This document shows, in pieces, positions 13,521-29,034 of a DNA stretch of 64,000 nucleotides; position 1 is the first letter of the stretch; each line of letters starts with the position of its first letter. Under the pieces are notes generated by a model. The model saw only the letters and a list, made by a program, of their open reading frames with translations. It did no database searches and was not told the origin of the DNA. The position numbers and the translations under genes were made by a program. This DNA comes from Lingula anatina (taxonomy: Eukaryota > Animalia > Brachiopoda): the NCBI GenBank assembly GCA_051362555.1, contig CM120641.1:13578001-13642000 (forward strand), given 5' to 3'.

Positions 13521-16500
13521 TACTATCTGTAATCTGTACTTTTCCACAGGATTGGTCTGCCAATAATGAAGAAAAATGAATACAGCAGTGGGGTTAATTC
13601 TGTACCTAATAGACTTCCGATTATTTCGAAAACGAAAAGTAGCAAATCTCAGAAATTGCTTGCCAACAAATTTACTTCAAAGCTTAAGTATTATAGCAGA
13701 GTAATGTAAATGTACCAATGTAGGCGTAGCATCGCATGTTTAGTCGGTGACACAGTCAGCAGTTATTCAAGTTTTGTGTGGAAATCATTGCCTCTTCATT
13801 AAAGTCATAAACATGCAGACGTATCACAACTGCATTTGACCAGTTTGGGTCTTAGTACAACATTGGCGAAGCCCTATTGCCCTTTGCATTTATTGATATG
13901 TCATGGGTCTGTACCACAGTAAAACCTCTCTCAACGTGGACACTTTTATGTACGGATGGAACAGCTTGCTGCTGAATTGTTAAAACAAATGTTTGTATCA
14001 ATGTTCAATGAAAAAATGTCCAATGGTGGATAAACCAAAATGTATGATTGCATGAATGAAAAATTGTTTATTCGATTTACCTGTTGGTAGTGCTCATACA
14101 TGTATTACGCATGGAGATTTCTAAAAATTATGAAAGACAAATTTAAAGTACGCGTACTTCATTCAAGTAAACTTTGAATAAGCAGAATGTTTCAATGTAA
14201 AACGAAGAACTCGCAGTCACTTGTTAACCTGTGCATTCATCAATTTATTTATCAACTCATCTTTCCATTACCAATGATGCAGCTATAATGTTTGTTAAAA
14301 ATTATTTGGAGAATAGCAATGACGGATTAATCAAAATCTAAATATTAGCTCAAAACTGCAATATTCATTTAGCTATTTGAAACAGTGTTTGTCTTATTAA
14401 CAAAACCAAACATCGCAAAAGACAGAGCCTGGAGGTAGACTTCCGTTTGCTCGGCAGATCACAGTTAGAACCCCTTGGCGTCCTTGTGCAAGGTCTGGTA
14501 TCGCTAATTAAACTGCATGGTAAACAATATTATTTATATTTTACCGTGTCATCAAAAGCGGTGAGATAGACGAGCTAAGACAACAAACGTCTATTCATAT
14601 ATGTCATTTCATCAATTCCAACCTTCCGAATACACAAAACCGTGTTTCGCGTGCTAACTGAGCACCTCCTTGGAGACGTGTTAATGGATTAATGGCGACA
14701 CCCCTCCGACTTGCCTATTGTTAAAAATTGTTTTATTAATGCCGTGTAATATGCGGCATCCATAGAGCACAAGAAGCCGGTAGGATTAATTCTTGGAGAC
14801 AGATACAACCTTAATACTTAGTTGAGTACCCCTTGGGGTACGAGTGCCGAGCTCTGAAAATAAGCTGTTTACTGACAATTTGTAATAAACGTCAGCACAA
14901 TTACGTGTATTCGAATGCTTTCCGTATTTCACATGCTGTGTCTGGTTGTCATTAACTTACGAGTGGATGCTCTATATCCATTGTATTTATCACGAACAGA
15001 GGTATAGTTGTTTTCAATAATCGACACATATTTCCCGTTTTTGTTTTTGCCGTGAAAAAAAACGAGGGTTCTTCCTAGGAATGGAATTAAGGAGGGCATG
15101 TAAGAGCGACACAGATGGTAGAATACCATTATCTATTTTTGCACATTCAACGCCTTATCACGTTGTATTTGTTCGTTAATTTGAAAGGATTGTCAAAAGT
15201 ATTATCTCCACTATCTAATGGATGACTCAACTTTTACCTGTTTTCCAGTGCGTAACTTCGAAAACAAGAAGAACACTCATATCCGCATCGTGATTTCTTT
15301 TGTTTGGTTGTCTGAGCTCTTAACACGGCGTGATCCACAGCAACGGAAATGATTGCTCATCAAAATTGTCTTTATCAATCTTTCATTAGATTTTTTAAAT
15401 AAAAAGTTAGCCCTTTTGGGCTAGAATTTGTTATAATCTTCATAACTTTTGCTAACAAGAAATTCCAGCGTTGCATACTACAGCGACCACCTACATCAGT
15501 ATAGATGAACCAATTCGTCTTGAGATGCACACAGTAGAAATTAATTGCCTGGTAGCAATTTTTGTTTACTAACTGTATGTTTATATCCTAGTGACAAATG
15601 ACTTACTTTTCAAGCAGAGAGCTTTTTACCATGAGATAACCTTGCTATTAAGTCCAATCTTTATTAAGTGTGTAATTAAACGGTGTACAAAATCATTTAG
15701 CTCCCAAAAGGATAAACATTAATTTTATGCACCGACCAAGTGATTTCTTTTTGATAAGATCTCACAGCAGCTGAATCGTTTCACATATGCATGTTATTGA
15801 GTGGATGGTTGGTTGAACACCGCTAGACAATCATTACAATTCATCTATTTCCCCAGAAAACAGACAAGTAAATACGTGCAAGCTATTGTCAGTTTGCAGG
15901 TGTATGCTTCTTGGCAAATGCTTTATTTTGAAGTTCTTGGATAACTACAGTGATGGAACACTTCTTGGGAACAATTTGTGTAACCACAAGAGAATCATAT
16001 GCTGCAGTATAGCCGCCAACAGATACAGTCGCTTACTCGTTAATGGCAAAATCGAATGCTCTTCTACCTTAAAGTCCGTTGATATTTGTTTGCCAAGCAC
16101 GTGCTGAGTACAGCTCGCCCCAAATTTTAGACAAACGAATTTAACTCTCGCTATTTGCATCAAGACATTGCATCAAGACGACAATACTGACATTAAAGTT
16201 CAACCTTTCCCATAATGAATTTCGTGAAATTATCGACTATTAGGAATGGGGCCCTCTCTTTAGAATAGATCACAGCAATCCGAGAATCCTGTATCTCTTA
16301 TACCATGTTAAACGCCATGCGAAACTTGAAATGAAGATAAGCATTATTTATATTACTTTACTTAATCAGAAAAAAAGTCATTTGAAAATGATGCACAATC
16401 GTTCTCCTTACAGCCTATTCTAAACATGAAGACCAGGTCAGCAAAGTGATATAATTGCCAAACAAAAGTACTGGCTTTTATATGTGTTCTTTTTCATACA

Positions 16501-19500
16501 AACCGGTTCCAGCGCCACGAATACACATATAAAGTTAGATTGGCGAAGAGGAGATAAGGCGAAATCAAAATATTTCACAATTTAAGACCCAGTCACCAGC
16601 TTGGATCCGGTATCAGTTCAAATAAGTTTACTAAGCCATTGACAATATCCATTAGACTAATACGTGGTACTGCTTGAGTCTCAATGTCAGATTGACAACG
16701 GTTGATTGTCTACACCGTTAAGTACATAAGAATGTATTATTCTTCCCTGTATTACAGTATTCTTTTAGATAGAGACAGACAAAATTGAGTATAAATATAA
16801 TAGGTGTGTGCAATGAAATATGAAATAAAATACGTAAATGAAGAAGTTTAAACAAATAAGCTTATAGAAGACTGAAATCAACCGATCAATTATCTAATGG
16901 ATTAACAAACGAATATATTGCGAACATTTTAATATGGACCAACCTGCATGTAAAGAATATTCGGTTTAGGTTTAATTCTGTGTCATCTTGGAAAGATCTA
17001 CAAGGGTCAATACAGTGCTTAGCTCTAATGTTGCTGCCTGGTGATCATGATTAAGGGTAATATCAATTCAGCTGAAAAGGACTTCAAAACTGGCCCTTAT
17101 TCCCAGCTTCATTCTCCGTAAATTCCAGTGTGAGAGAACCCACTCGATACAGACGCCAATGCGTGTTAGAAAACTTACTTCTTTCTCATCCCCGATGGTA
17201 CCTACCCACGACTTGCACGATGATTGCCTCTACTCAGAAAAACCATTACAGTGAAACAGGCATCTTCTTGTGGTGTTTGTCGCAGTACACAGTGCGATTT
17301 GTGCCAATGAGGAGATAATATTAAGTCATCTAAAACTACCACATTATGTGTCCTTCTCGTCCTTATCCAGAGACCAACAACCTAGTGTGACCTTTGCTTT
17401 CTAGGAGGACAAGAGAACTGCCAAGGAAGCATGCAAGTCAGCCAACAAAATGTACAGACTTCTTCAAAATAAAATTATACTTGATGATGGTGTTAAATTG
17501 CCGAACTGTATACTAACGTTTTTAGTTTTTTGTGTATATTTCATTTGTCAACCATCTTTGAAGCATATTTGTATACGCTGGAGAGAAATTTGCTCTGCTC
17601 GCATAATTTATATATTAAACATATCCCATCATCTCTGAAATAAATGCAGCGCTAATACTTCTACTACCAGTTATCACTTTTATCCTGTCATATGAACAAT
17701 TCACAAATAACTAAGGACAGTGGTACATGCTCTTTGACATACATGTAGGCCGCTCCGAATACACAACGTAAAAAAACCCTAACCTCCGACGTCGGCTTAA
17801 ACAATCTGAAACACTTGCATCAGTGGTACATGCTAACGATAACAATCTATAGGTCAAGTTTAGGTCAAGTTTACATTTCGAAAATCTGCATGATTTATAC
17901 TAGTTTTTCCTCCATTCCACAGTCATACAGTGGGCATATAGCTAGGCCATATATCATATACAATATCCAATAATATATTACTGCCTTGTAATCGACAGTT
18001 AAATTTCACACTAGCCACGCCAGCACTGACGCGAATCCTGTTAGGGTTTCTTGGAATTTGCGTGTTCGACCCCCTTGATAAATATCGGTATTTGTAACGA
18101 GTTTTTCTGAAGGAATCGTCTATTTATAGAACGTGCATTTTGCCGTTTAATACACGATTAGTATCGCGCCATCCTGTCAGCTTACGGATTGAGCACGAAA
18201 GGAAAGTTTGTTTTTTCTAACATCAGTCATAACACTCTTTAACCGACAGTTCTCTTTAGGATATCCCATTTTAATGCCAATTATGAAAGGGGATAATTCA
18301 TTGTTATCTTTATAGCACTACATCACATGCCTTCGTTTTCTTCCTTATCTTGTACAAGTAGGTATAGGGAGAGCATCATACCTAAGTCTCAGTGTTGCAA
18401 ATTTCACAGGGGTATCTTGCTTTGTACCAGATGAGAGAATTATCTGTTAGAACCGGCCTAATGAGTTCCATATTAGTCACGCATTTCAAAGCCCACGCCT
18501 CTCAGACCTAGACACGCATATATCGTGCGATCCTAAATTACAAGTTCACACTGATCTTTCAGCTGTTACACCGTTTGGGTATGTAACCTATCGTTAATAC
18601 CTTGTCATATTCTTTCGCAGATACAATTGGCCGTTTGATGTTGGGTTTAAATTGTCGATCAGATGAATTATTCCGGCTTCATTTAAAGGGGTTTCCTGCT
18701 CTGCACAAATCAGCACGTCAACCAACCAGCGAATCTTTACGCTTGGCTACCGTCCGCGCGTAGTTTGCATCTATTTTTTTTTTTTCGGTATGTCAGGGTA
18801 GTACTGTTAGAAATTGACGTCTTTTGTGTCGCATGGTGGCAGAAGCCACCAAACCTGGATTAAACTACTATCACATCTTACTACATCAATGTTGTGAACA
18901 TGATTACACAAGAAAAATTACCTTTTTTACACCAATAATTTCATGATCATGTCACAAAAATAAACGACACAAGCTTCAGCCCAAATACAGCTTGAAGACA
19001 ACAAGAGGTAGCCTTCCGAAATCTCTGAAGCTACCTCTAATATCCAGGCGATTTAGGGGTCGAGAGACTCCGGAACCGCATGTAAATTAACGTTGCAAAC
19101 AAGACAATAGTTTGAATTGTTACATGTACATTGTTACAATGAACTATGCCGACGCTTTTGAACCCCTCTTTTACGTTACTCGGTAGTTTGCTTCAATTTT
19201 GTGACTGTTTTAGGTCGAGTTTGACATGCTTCAGTAATGGGATATTGCGTAGAAACAATGTACTTCAGAAAGGTATTAATCATCTTAGTAATAAAACCAT
19301 ACTATGGCGCCTCATTATCTCCAATTATGCTATTAAATAATAAAAGGGTAAACATAATTTAATGTGATATAAGAATAATGAGACCTGTTTCCAATTTTTA
19401 TAGGAATTGCACGGAGAAAATATTTGAACATAGGTTTAACAATGTTTTCCAGCCTTAACAGTGAGAGGCTGCAAAGTGAATATAATAAAACCTAAATTAT

Positions 19501-22500
19501 GATATAAAAGCAAGCAGTATCATGAAAAATATTCTACGTTAATTTAATCATCGATTTTTTTCTGTTTGTTGTGTAGACCAATTCGGATCGACTGGACAGC
19601 ATCTTGGCTAATAGAACAAACATAGGGCAGGTGAAAAACTCTCTGAATTTAATATTTAATATTTTAAAAGAACTCGTAAGCTATCGAATTATATCTGTCG
19701 TATACATATTTTAGTGAACTCAAACAAAAATCGTTAAAAATGTTCATAATTGGCCTTACTGATATAGAATGTTACCCCGTTCTGTTTGAAATGTGAACAA
19801 ACTGTGCTAGCCATGTTTAAAGTTCACACCCAAGGGAGAACAAAACACTTATTTCGGCATTGCGCATTTTTTTTTTTTTTTTTTTTTTTGTAGTGAGAGC
19901 CACAAGGATGGAATGAAAGTTGGTGGGTCAAACTTACATATATTTTGACCAAAGCTTATACCATGAACTAGGAGAATGTAAAATTTCATTTTTTAATAGA
20001 TATTTTCTGAGTTGTTTTTAAAAATGAATTATGATAGATATATTTTTATATCCATAAAAATAGCATAAAACTATTCAATCAATGTCGTGCCAAATGTTAT
20101 AACATGAGGCAGTATTATGAAAAAATTTCCCTGAATCAAAATAGTTATCCTTTGAGGTGTTAAAATCTTATGTTGGGAACGATTCTGATGCAATCTACTA
20201 TTACATAGTATACCGCGAATAAAGGATAGTAACAGACTATTATTGGATAAAAAACACTTCAAAGACATTGCATAGTTACAGCAGTTTAAATATCCCGGCA
20301 ACCAAAGTTTCCGAATTGATAAAATTGTTCAGATAACTACATGGAACTTAACATGTGTAAATTCAGATTGAAGCACCTATTCATTTCAGGGTAGATATTC
20401 AAGAGAGCACTTAATGTATCAAACCAGAACTTAATGGCTCTTTCGTCCATGCACATGGCTAATATGTCTTATCAATGACGGATAAGCAGTACATGAAGCG
20501 TACCAGGTGATTAAGTTACCTTACAGAGTGAAGCTTTCAAGATAAACCTTTCATTACAACGAGGAATTTCGCGTTAAGATGTTTTTGAACGCTCTAAGAC
20601 CTTTATGTAGCGAACAGAAAATCCTTGTGAAGCACTTTGCAACTTTGTGAAGGCATAACAATTACGGTGCTGTGATACGTCTCCTGCTTCTTCGAGGCCC
20701 TCTTATATAAGAACGACAAGCTTAACAATCTCTGTCGTACAATGGCGTAAAATAAGAGGTTATATCTAATAAATAACAACAAACACAGTCATTCACGTTG
20801 GTGCTACCATACCTATAAGGTATTTGTTGCATGTTCAAGAGGACTCCGGGAATTTTTTAAAGCACAAAAATGGGCAATGGACCCTTTGATGCTGTCCTTC
20901 GCAACACTTAATTTGACGATGATACTGTTAGTACACAAAAAAACCACAAGAAACAATAACGGATTTCAAGAGCACTCGAAAAAAACCTTAAACAACATTT
21001 AAGTTGTTAACATTGTCAGTATATAGAGGATGGACAGGCCTCTTGGGACAATCCAATTGCTCTGCCTCGAGGAAGAATTTCGTGTCATGTGATAAACAGC
21101 ACCTTTGAGACTATCTGTCTTCATCGGTGATTTCCTTCTACAATCACGTGAAGAACATCACTTAGATTATTATCGATTGTAAGGGTGATTACACATTTCT
21201 GGTTATACCAACCAGAGAGATGCTTGTAATTGCTATCGAAACACAGTGGGTATGTGTTGTGACACGAATTCTAAAGAAACTGAGTTGATCATGAATTTTT
21301 GGATTCTTTTTTTAATCTATGAAAGTTGTGCTGTAAAAACTTAGCCTTATTCAGTGAAATCATTTGCGTGACTTTTTAAATGCACGTCCACGCATATTTA
21401 GATCTATTCAAAGAAAGTTCCTTTAGGCTACACGACTTGATAAAAAATAATTCTCCAGATGTCGAAGAACATCATTACCAGTTAATTTTTGCGACTTCGT
21501 TTCTGAATTTAATTAAATTTGCCTGCTGGAAACAAGGCTGCACGCAAACAAGCATTTAGTCCCTCCATTACGTCAAAGGATTGGGTTAAAACATCAAATT
21601 CCACTGCATGAAATTACGTTGACAATAATTTCACTGAAATAACAGGGGTTTGTGGTATACACATAGGAGAGATTTGGTAAGTTGTTAAACCTACGGGCAA
21701 GTAGCAAATCGACAGGACGGCTGCATTTGACATTTCCTTTGCGTGGTTTTATGTACTCCTGAATGAATGAGTCGCAAGGGAAGCAAAGTGACGCACACAT
21801 ATCGTTATTTTTTCTTCCATTTCATAACTGTCTTAAATCACACGTCAAACTTTTTCAACTTCTCTCAGCGAAACCGAGAGTACTTATATGTGCATAAAGA
21901 TCCCAATGTGTATCAAAGTTTAGTCAACGTGCACCTGTTGTATATAACTGCTGTGTACCTTTTTAATCTAAGGGAAAACAAGAATATTAAATACAAGCAT
22001 GAAACTACAATTAAGATAATTAATTGTATTTATGTAGGAAATGGTTTGTTTTTAGTGGTGGTAATAGCTTTGTTGGTAATCCATCTACGCTTTGTTTATA
22101 GGAAGTAGTCTGGGTTTAGGTCTTGTGTCTGCACATTTTGATCTTAAGTAGTTGACCAAGGCAAGGTGATAACAGATGTCCAGGGTCAAATTGTCTTAGC
22201 TGCTGTGTATCTAGGCACACAGTTAATTTTATATGAGTTTTAGGAAACTACTTCTTGCGAGCTGCATTAGCGAGAAGTCATTCAGCCTTTTAGCTGCGAT
22301 GATATGTACACGCAATTTCAGCAGCTTCACAGTATTATAATTTCTTGCGTTTCTTTATTTTAATTTTACACCCTCCGCCATCCCCTGTCACCTGCCTTGT
22401 GTTGTCTTTATATATATATATATATATTTTTTTTTTTTTGCATTTGTTGAAGCCTTTGATTTTCATTTATGCCAGCCTTTGGCTCTTACAGCTGTTGTTA

Positions 22501-25500
22501 TTTCTTATAATTTGGCCTTTTTTATTTTTATTTGTGCCAACTTTTTGCTCCTTAAGCTGTTGTTATTACTTATAATTTTCTTCATTAATTTGGTTACACT
22601 TATTACACTTTATTAATTTTATATTATGGCACTTATATAGTTGGGGAGATGTTATATTATCTCCCCAGTTTTGTAACTACGTATTTTATTAGCTTCGTCA
22701 TTAATAAATGACAATTATCAATCATATGGACTTTTCTTATTTACTTTGGAGCAAAAACAGAGCTTCGTTGTGCTTGTTAACATTTGGCTACATAAATGTG
22801 TTTCTTTTAACAAACCAGTCTTCCTACGCATCTTTCCTCTTAGATACATCACTTAAACTGTCAACATTCAACGTCAACCCACTTCGTATACTGTATATTG
22901 TACAAAAATGTACGTCACACCAAATTTTCGAAAGATTCTAATTATGGTACTATTTACACTGCCTTTTACCAACTTTTAGGCAGAGTTTAATGTATTGATG
23001 CGTATATTTTTTGTCGAAGCACCAACCATACATTGACCGAAACTGGATCACTTTGGATGAAAAATATTAACATCACTGTACTAGCCATCTTCTTACAATC
23101 AATAAAAAACCTTTGTAATGATTTTGACAGAAAGAATATATCTACTGTAGAGCTTTGAAACAACCGTTGGCATGTGTAGAGAATACCCAATTAGAGTTTA
23201 TTTTATTACAATTAGAATTACCACTGGCTTCTTCCCTATACCATTTTTGGCTCTCTGTCTCAATGTCGCGTTAGACTGAAATTTCTATCATTGCTCGGAA
23301 AATTGTTTCTAACCATGTTCAGTCTGAGCATTGAATTTTTAGAGTAAACAAGTCACGTTTCTAGGAATTGCATGGTGTGTTTTGAAATACGCTATTAAAG
23401 TTGGAAGTGGGCAAAACCCAATTGACTTTAAACATGTCATGAATACAAATTGTCTGAGAAACGTGAAGAGTAATATCTCACCTGTAGAAATGAAATATAT
23501 ACAGTCATACATAACTTTTTACTTTATATAACTGCTTACAATTTGAGGATGTGTCAATTAACGTAATAAAGATAAGTCCATTAAAGATTTTTAAAGACAG
23601 TAAAATCAGGTAAATGAAGTTGCATTGTGTTTCAGTATCTTCCGTGTCTTCCATTGGTTACCACTTTCCGTTAACATTGTATTTATACGGGGAATTTTAT
23701 TTTTGTGGGGAACACAGTTTCTAGGTAATGAGCCCGAAAATCCGGTAATATTAAAGTGAACATTGTAATTTTATAGAGGATTTAGAATGCACACAAGAGC
23801 AAATGTAAAAATTCGCGCTGGGATTGAAAGAGGTTAACCAACTGCAAAACGCAAAGATGCTAATTGTAGTGATATTACTCCTTCACCAACAGGTACATGT
23901 ACCTCGCAATGATGACAGAACAGACAACTTACCGTTGCTGACGTCCCCTGAACAATGTCGCAAGCAAGTAAAGGAGATGAGCCAATCTAGCAGGCCGACC
24001 GTGTTGCACACCTCAAACGACGAACGATTTAATATCTGCAAAAAGAAATAGTCCCGGATACACTGTGCTCTGCACGCTCCCGCTACTTTGCATAGTATCA
24101 CTTTCTCTGGTTCACACCAAAGATTAATCTAGATTTTCAAATTAAATAGCCTCTAAACATTTACCACGTGCAGTGCGCTGTGTAAAGTCTGCATGGTGTT
24201 TTAAAGAGGGAAGATTAACAGACAGCTTTTCTAAAAACAAAAGCGTCTGTTTGTGTGTGTGTGTATGTGTGTGTGTATGAGAGAAAGCATCTCGTTAAAG
24301 CTGGAAACACTCACGTTCGGTCGTTAATTTTCTCTCCAATGGCATTAACGTTGTCACTAATAAGTTCCGGACGACAACTATAGTTGATGCGACTTTGATT
24401 GCGACTTTGTGTGTTTTGGGAATGACGACGGGCTGTAGGCGTCAACGAAAGCGGGTCGATGAACTTATTCTCTTGTGACGTTTGTGTTTACTTATTGAAT
24501 TATACCTACAGGCAGTGATCATTGGGGTCTTTTTGAAACCGGTCACTCCGCACCCAAACAAACCCATCGCCACTATGCAAAAGTGTTACTCGCACATCGA
24601 TTATCTTACCGAAGATCGGGTCCATATGCACGGCAGTAGTGTTTATATAGATATTAAGTAGTAAAGCATTATGGCAGCATTGATTTAAAGAGTGCTTTAC
24701 TAACATTGTCAGATGACATCAACTTGTGGCTTTAATACAAACGTTTGAGAGGACATCTAAATGTAATTGCGTGTATTTGCGAAGGGTATTATTGTTATAT
24801 CTCAGATTCGTTCTATCGATTTAGTCAACCTGATTGAAAGACAAGCAACAATATCAGTTAAATTGTACAAGCAGGAATAAAGAAAGATCTTGTTCAGTAA
24901 ACCAAGAACTATAGTTTCTAGGTTTCCGTATGCTAATAATCGTTATCGCACAGGCCAAAATCAACAGATGTCGCTTTTGTTGTTTTGCTTTCAGCTGAAG
25001 GTGTCTATGTCGATGTTTTGTTCCCCGTTTTCCGGCCAAATCCCTATTTTTGATTTAAACTCTAAAGTGAAATAAAGTCGTGAAAAGGCGGGGGAGGTTG
25101 GTGAAACGAGATGAAAATCACAACAAAAGGGTGTTTTCTAAGAAGCTATTGACAAGACTTTGGAGCTTAATTGCTTTTGACATTGATCTGTCATTCGTTG
25201 GCATAATACCTTCTGTAGGTCTAGCATAATTATCCCCCGTCTCTAAAAGGGAAGCAAAGAAATTACTTACATTATTTTAATCTTCAAATGGCAGTGCGGA
25301 TTTGTGGTAAGCAACGACTCGTGCAACTGGACCATTTATTATGGAATTCCTAATTATTTCTAAGACGAAAAAAATGGAAAACAAGATAAGATATACGTGT
25401 AACAAAACATTCACATATAAAAAAATCATGAGAGGCTTACATACAAGGAAATGTTTTAATCTCAAATAATCATACACGGTCTTTCAATATTAAAAGCAAA

Positions 25501-28084
25501 AGGTTGTAAAGATCACCAAGGCTGACATAACTCACTGATAGCTTATGTCTTGGGAATCCCGGATAAATTATTGATCATTTGTAAACATTGAACAACAGAA
25601 GTAGACGCATCTACGAAGGACGAAGAAGATAATAGTGTATTGTCAGTAACGAAAGACAGTAAATTCTCATAGTTTCCTTCTAACAGTTGTGCCTTTTAAT
25701 ACTCGTTTGCGTTTGGTGTTGGTGAAATGCAATCTTTTCCTAAACTGTAAAATAAATGTGGACCATTAAGCGATCTACACACAATGCTTTGATGACTTTA
25801 TTGATACAATAATAAGATATGTATAGCTACCATAACCAAACAGGATAGGGATGAAATATCATTATGCACTGGTTTTTTCTTATCTTTAATCAACTTTTGC
25901 AAAATACGTATGCCGTCAACTTTCATTACTATTAGATGTAAATTCAGAAATACAGAAAAGGCAAACGATGCCATCACCTCAAAACCACCCAAAGGTATCA
26001 GATTCAGTTAGTTTTCAGTTCATTTCCCCCACTATCGACTCTTTGACATTTCCTTATACTACAAACAGAAAAAAATAACCAAGAAACACCATAGCACATC
26101 ACGAAAAGAGCTCAGATAACAAAACAATTACGAACGATGTCCATGTAGAGCCAACAAGACTATTGATCACATATCTTTTACGCGTGTTAACCCCAACAAA
26201 TCTGCAGCACTATGAACACCTTAGTAAGTATATTGAACAAAGACAGACACCCTTTGGAACGAGATAAAGTTTTGTGAAAATTTCCGCCAAATAACATGGG
26301 CAAAATTGAGCACTCTCACGTTCGAAAACAGATAAATCATATATCAGGGTCCTCACCATTTTCTCTAGGCGTTGTCTGTTACCTGTCGTAAAAGATGCGA
26401 ATAAAAAGGACGCAATTATATTTTTCATAAAAAAGCACGATAGTCTTAAAGGTATGGTGTGTGTTGCTTGAATGACAGAAGGCTCTTAAACTATGCACAC
26501 ACAACGAGAGCCATGAACACGAATACCAACAAACACAATAAAACTTTATAATAGATTACCCTCAATTTATAAGTATTCAAGTCATCATACGGTTGAGCGT
26601 AGAAATATGTTTAGACCATGAATACGTCATAATGAGATACACATACATATGAGTTCCAATTTTTGAAAATATATTAGCGAAAAGAAACGCGATTTTCACC
26701 TGTGTCCCTCACCAAGAAGTTTTCCTGAAGAAAGATCATTTTGTTGTCAGTTGCGAAAGCAATAAGGCGTATCCAGGCATAGCGCTTACGTTCCCACCCA
26801 CACTCCCAAGTTCAATCGCTTGAAAGCTTGAAAATTGGTTCTTGCAAAAATTGATATTTTCCGTCTGACATAAATCGTGGTTTAAAAGATGCTAAAAACA
26901 ATGAGACTGACACATTGAGATACATCGAGTATCATGCAGCTTGGTTAGAGCCTGCTTATAAGAAACATATCATCAAGCTTAATCTTAACAAGGCAATAAT
27001 GATAAGTTAAACGTAATCTTCAAGGCAAGTTGCCTGAACTTGGAGGCGGTAATCACTCATTTTCATAATGTCCTTTTTTATCTTGAAAAATTGCCCTTTT
27101 AATCCATAAAGGGCTTAATTGATTAAAAGATTCACGGTACGTTGCACGCAAATAACTTAAGTAGACCCCAGAGTCAAGATTATACAATTTATGGTCCCTA
27201 TCTGCGTGAGAATTGGAATCAATATGTCATTTTACACCTGCAGATCTGTCGCAATGCAATTTGTACCTATTTTCATTATCTTCGACGCGAAATAAATCAT
27301 GAGTAAGCATCAATGTGAGAAACAGTTATTTTTTCCTCGGTTTTCTTACTGCCCGCTTTGAGTGATGTTGTCGTATTAGTTGAAGTTGCTCAGATTTTAC
27401 AGCTATGTGTCATTTGGGAATTGTTGTGGCGGTGCATGGCATAACCGCTTAACCTCAATCAGTCTGTTGATCTATCTACATATCTGCAGCTTGGTTATTG
27501 ACAGCAATATCGACGTACTAGTAATTCACAACGTACTGATTTTCAAATTGCATCAGGTGTACTTTAACATGGAGATTATCTAATGCAATTTTTTTTCTAT
27601 CAAACGCTTTTCTTGGAGTTGAAAATAATTGAAAATTCGCCAAGCCTAAAACCAAAAAGTAATCAATATCCATATGTTCAAGTGAGGCACAGGACGTAAT
27701 TTTGTGTACGGATAAACACATTGCTTTTTAAATTTACATTTCCGAGAAAGAGTTTGTTTTCCGGGATAGACACAATATTAACAAAGAGAATATTTATTTG
27801 TCCTTATTCTTTCGTTCCTCACAGTCTTAATTTCTAGACCGTGTGCATTATCAACACCGGACAGCTAGGGCTATTTCACTTTTTAGATCCACCTTGCAGT
27901 TAATTCATTTTATGTAAACCAGCTAAACAACTGCAGTCAGCAGCACTGATATTTTTTACTTCATATCAACCAATAATGAAGATTCCTCAACAAGCGATAA
28001 TATCATTTATTGATACACAAAAAAGTCATCATCATCTTTGAGAATCATACTCGCCAAAGAAAATCCAAGAGTGAGCTTGTCTTG

Positions 28085-28182
28085 ATTGTTGTCAAGAGGA
28101 GAGACCTCTAGTGACTGCTAGGTTACAAAGTTCCATAAGTTATTTGTCTGTGAAGTGGAGGACACGCGAAGGAGGTGCCCGG
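28085..28182 (+). promoter_or_regulatory. Candidate promoter / 5'UTR exon of repeat-protein gene A, with RFX X-box-like motif
   Basis: X-box-like GTAACCTAGCAGT on the minus strand at ~28114-28126. Strong donor GG|GTAAGT at 28182/28183. Acceptors TGTAG (28995) or CTCAG (29033) lie just before the ATG at 29035. Confidence 0.45.
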
Positions 28183-28440
28183 GTAAGTGTCTGGCAGCCA
28201 GTTGCTTAAGGTCTTTTTTCTTATAATTTCATTTGAAGTTAGTCAAATCATAGATCGAAGACATTTTTTTTATAAAAATCAGCTAAAAGACGTTTTAAAA
28301 CGCTTTATAACTGCATGCATGTCCAAAACCGCACTTCAAACTATTTGACGAATTCAGAAATAATCTTAATGATGAAAACTAACGTGAATCACTAGTTGTG
28401 CCATATTCGGCATGAAAATTAAAACTAAAAGGTGCACATG

Positions 28441-28441
28441 T

Positions 28442-28480
<39 letters not shown>
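28441..28480. repeat. (TTTA)n microsatellite
   Basis: About 10 tandem TTTA units. Confidence 0.9.
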
Positions 28481-29034
28481 TTATCATTTTTTTGATAGCT
28501 TCATCTTATCTTTATTGATACTGTGGGCCTTATCAATTTGATCGAATATAGGTTGTGTACTTTAATAGCTACATTTTGAATCTGTTGGGTTAAAGACAAG
28601 ATAGGTATCAGTAAATTTGAGATTAACAAAATATCTCTCAAAGTAAAATCTCTTTCATAGGTCAGTCCGCATTTGTTGACACAAACTTTGATTTGGCATC
28701 GATTTCCAATTGTTGTTGTTAGGGCGTTTGTTTTAATCGTAATATTGAATTATACATCGAAACGGAATAATTGTGCCTAGTATGACCCTCTTCCATCGAA
28801 ATAAAATTGATTATAGACATTTTGTCAAGAGTAGCGTACATACGTCGTTCTTTGGTGGTTTTGTTTGTGAGCATTGGTTTTGAAATAAATAGTCATTCAC
28901 TATAACAGATTTGGGTCCTCTATCATCAAAATAAACCTGTTTACTTACAAGTTTAAGCGATGTTGGTAATCGGAGTCCATTTTTATATATTGTAGTTAAA
29001 TCCATCAGTGGTAAAGTGACATTCGTTCCTCAGA

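Noticed and set aside
4000-28000. Dozens of 60-113 aa ORFs in the ORF track
   Set aside because: AT-rich, many with non-ATG starts, no recognisable motifs and no consistent splice chains; this is what non-coding DNA gives by chance.
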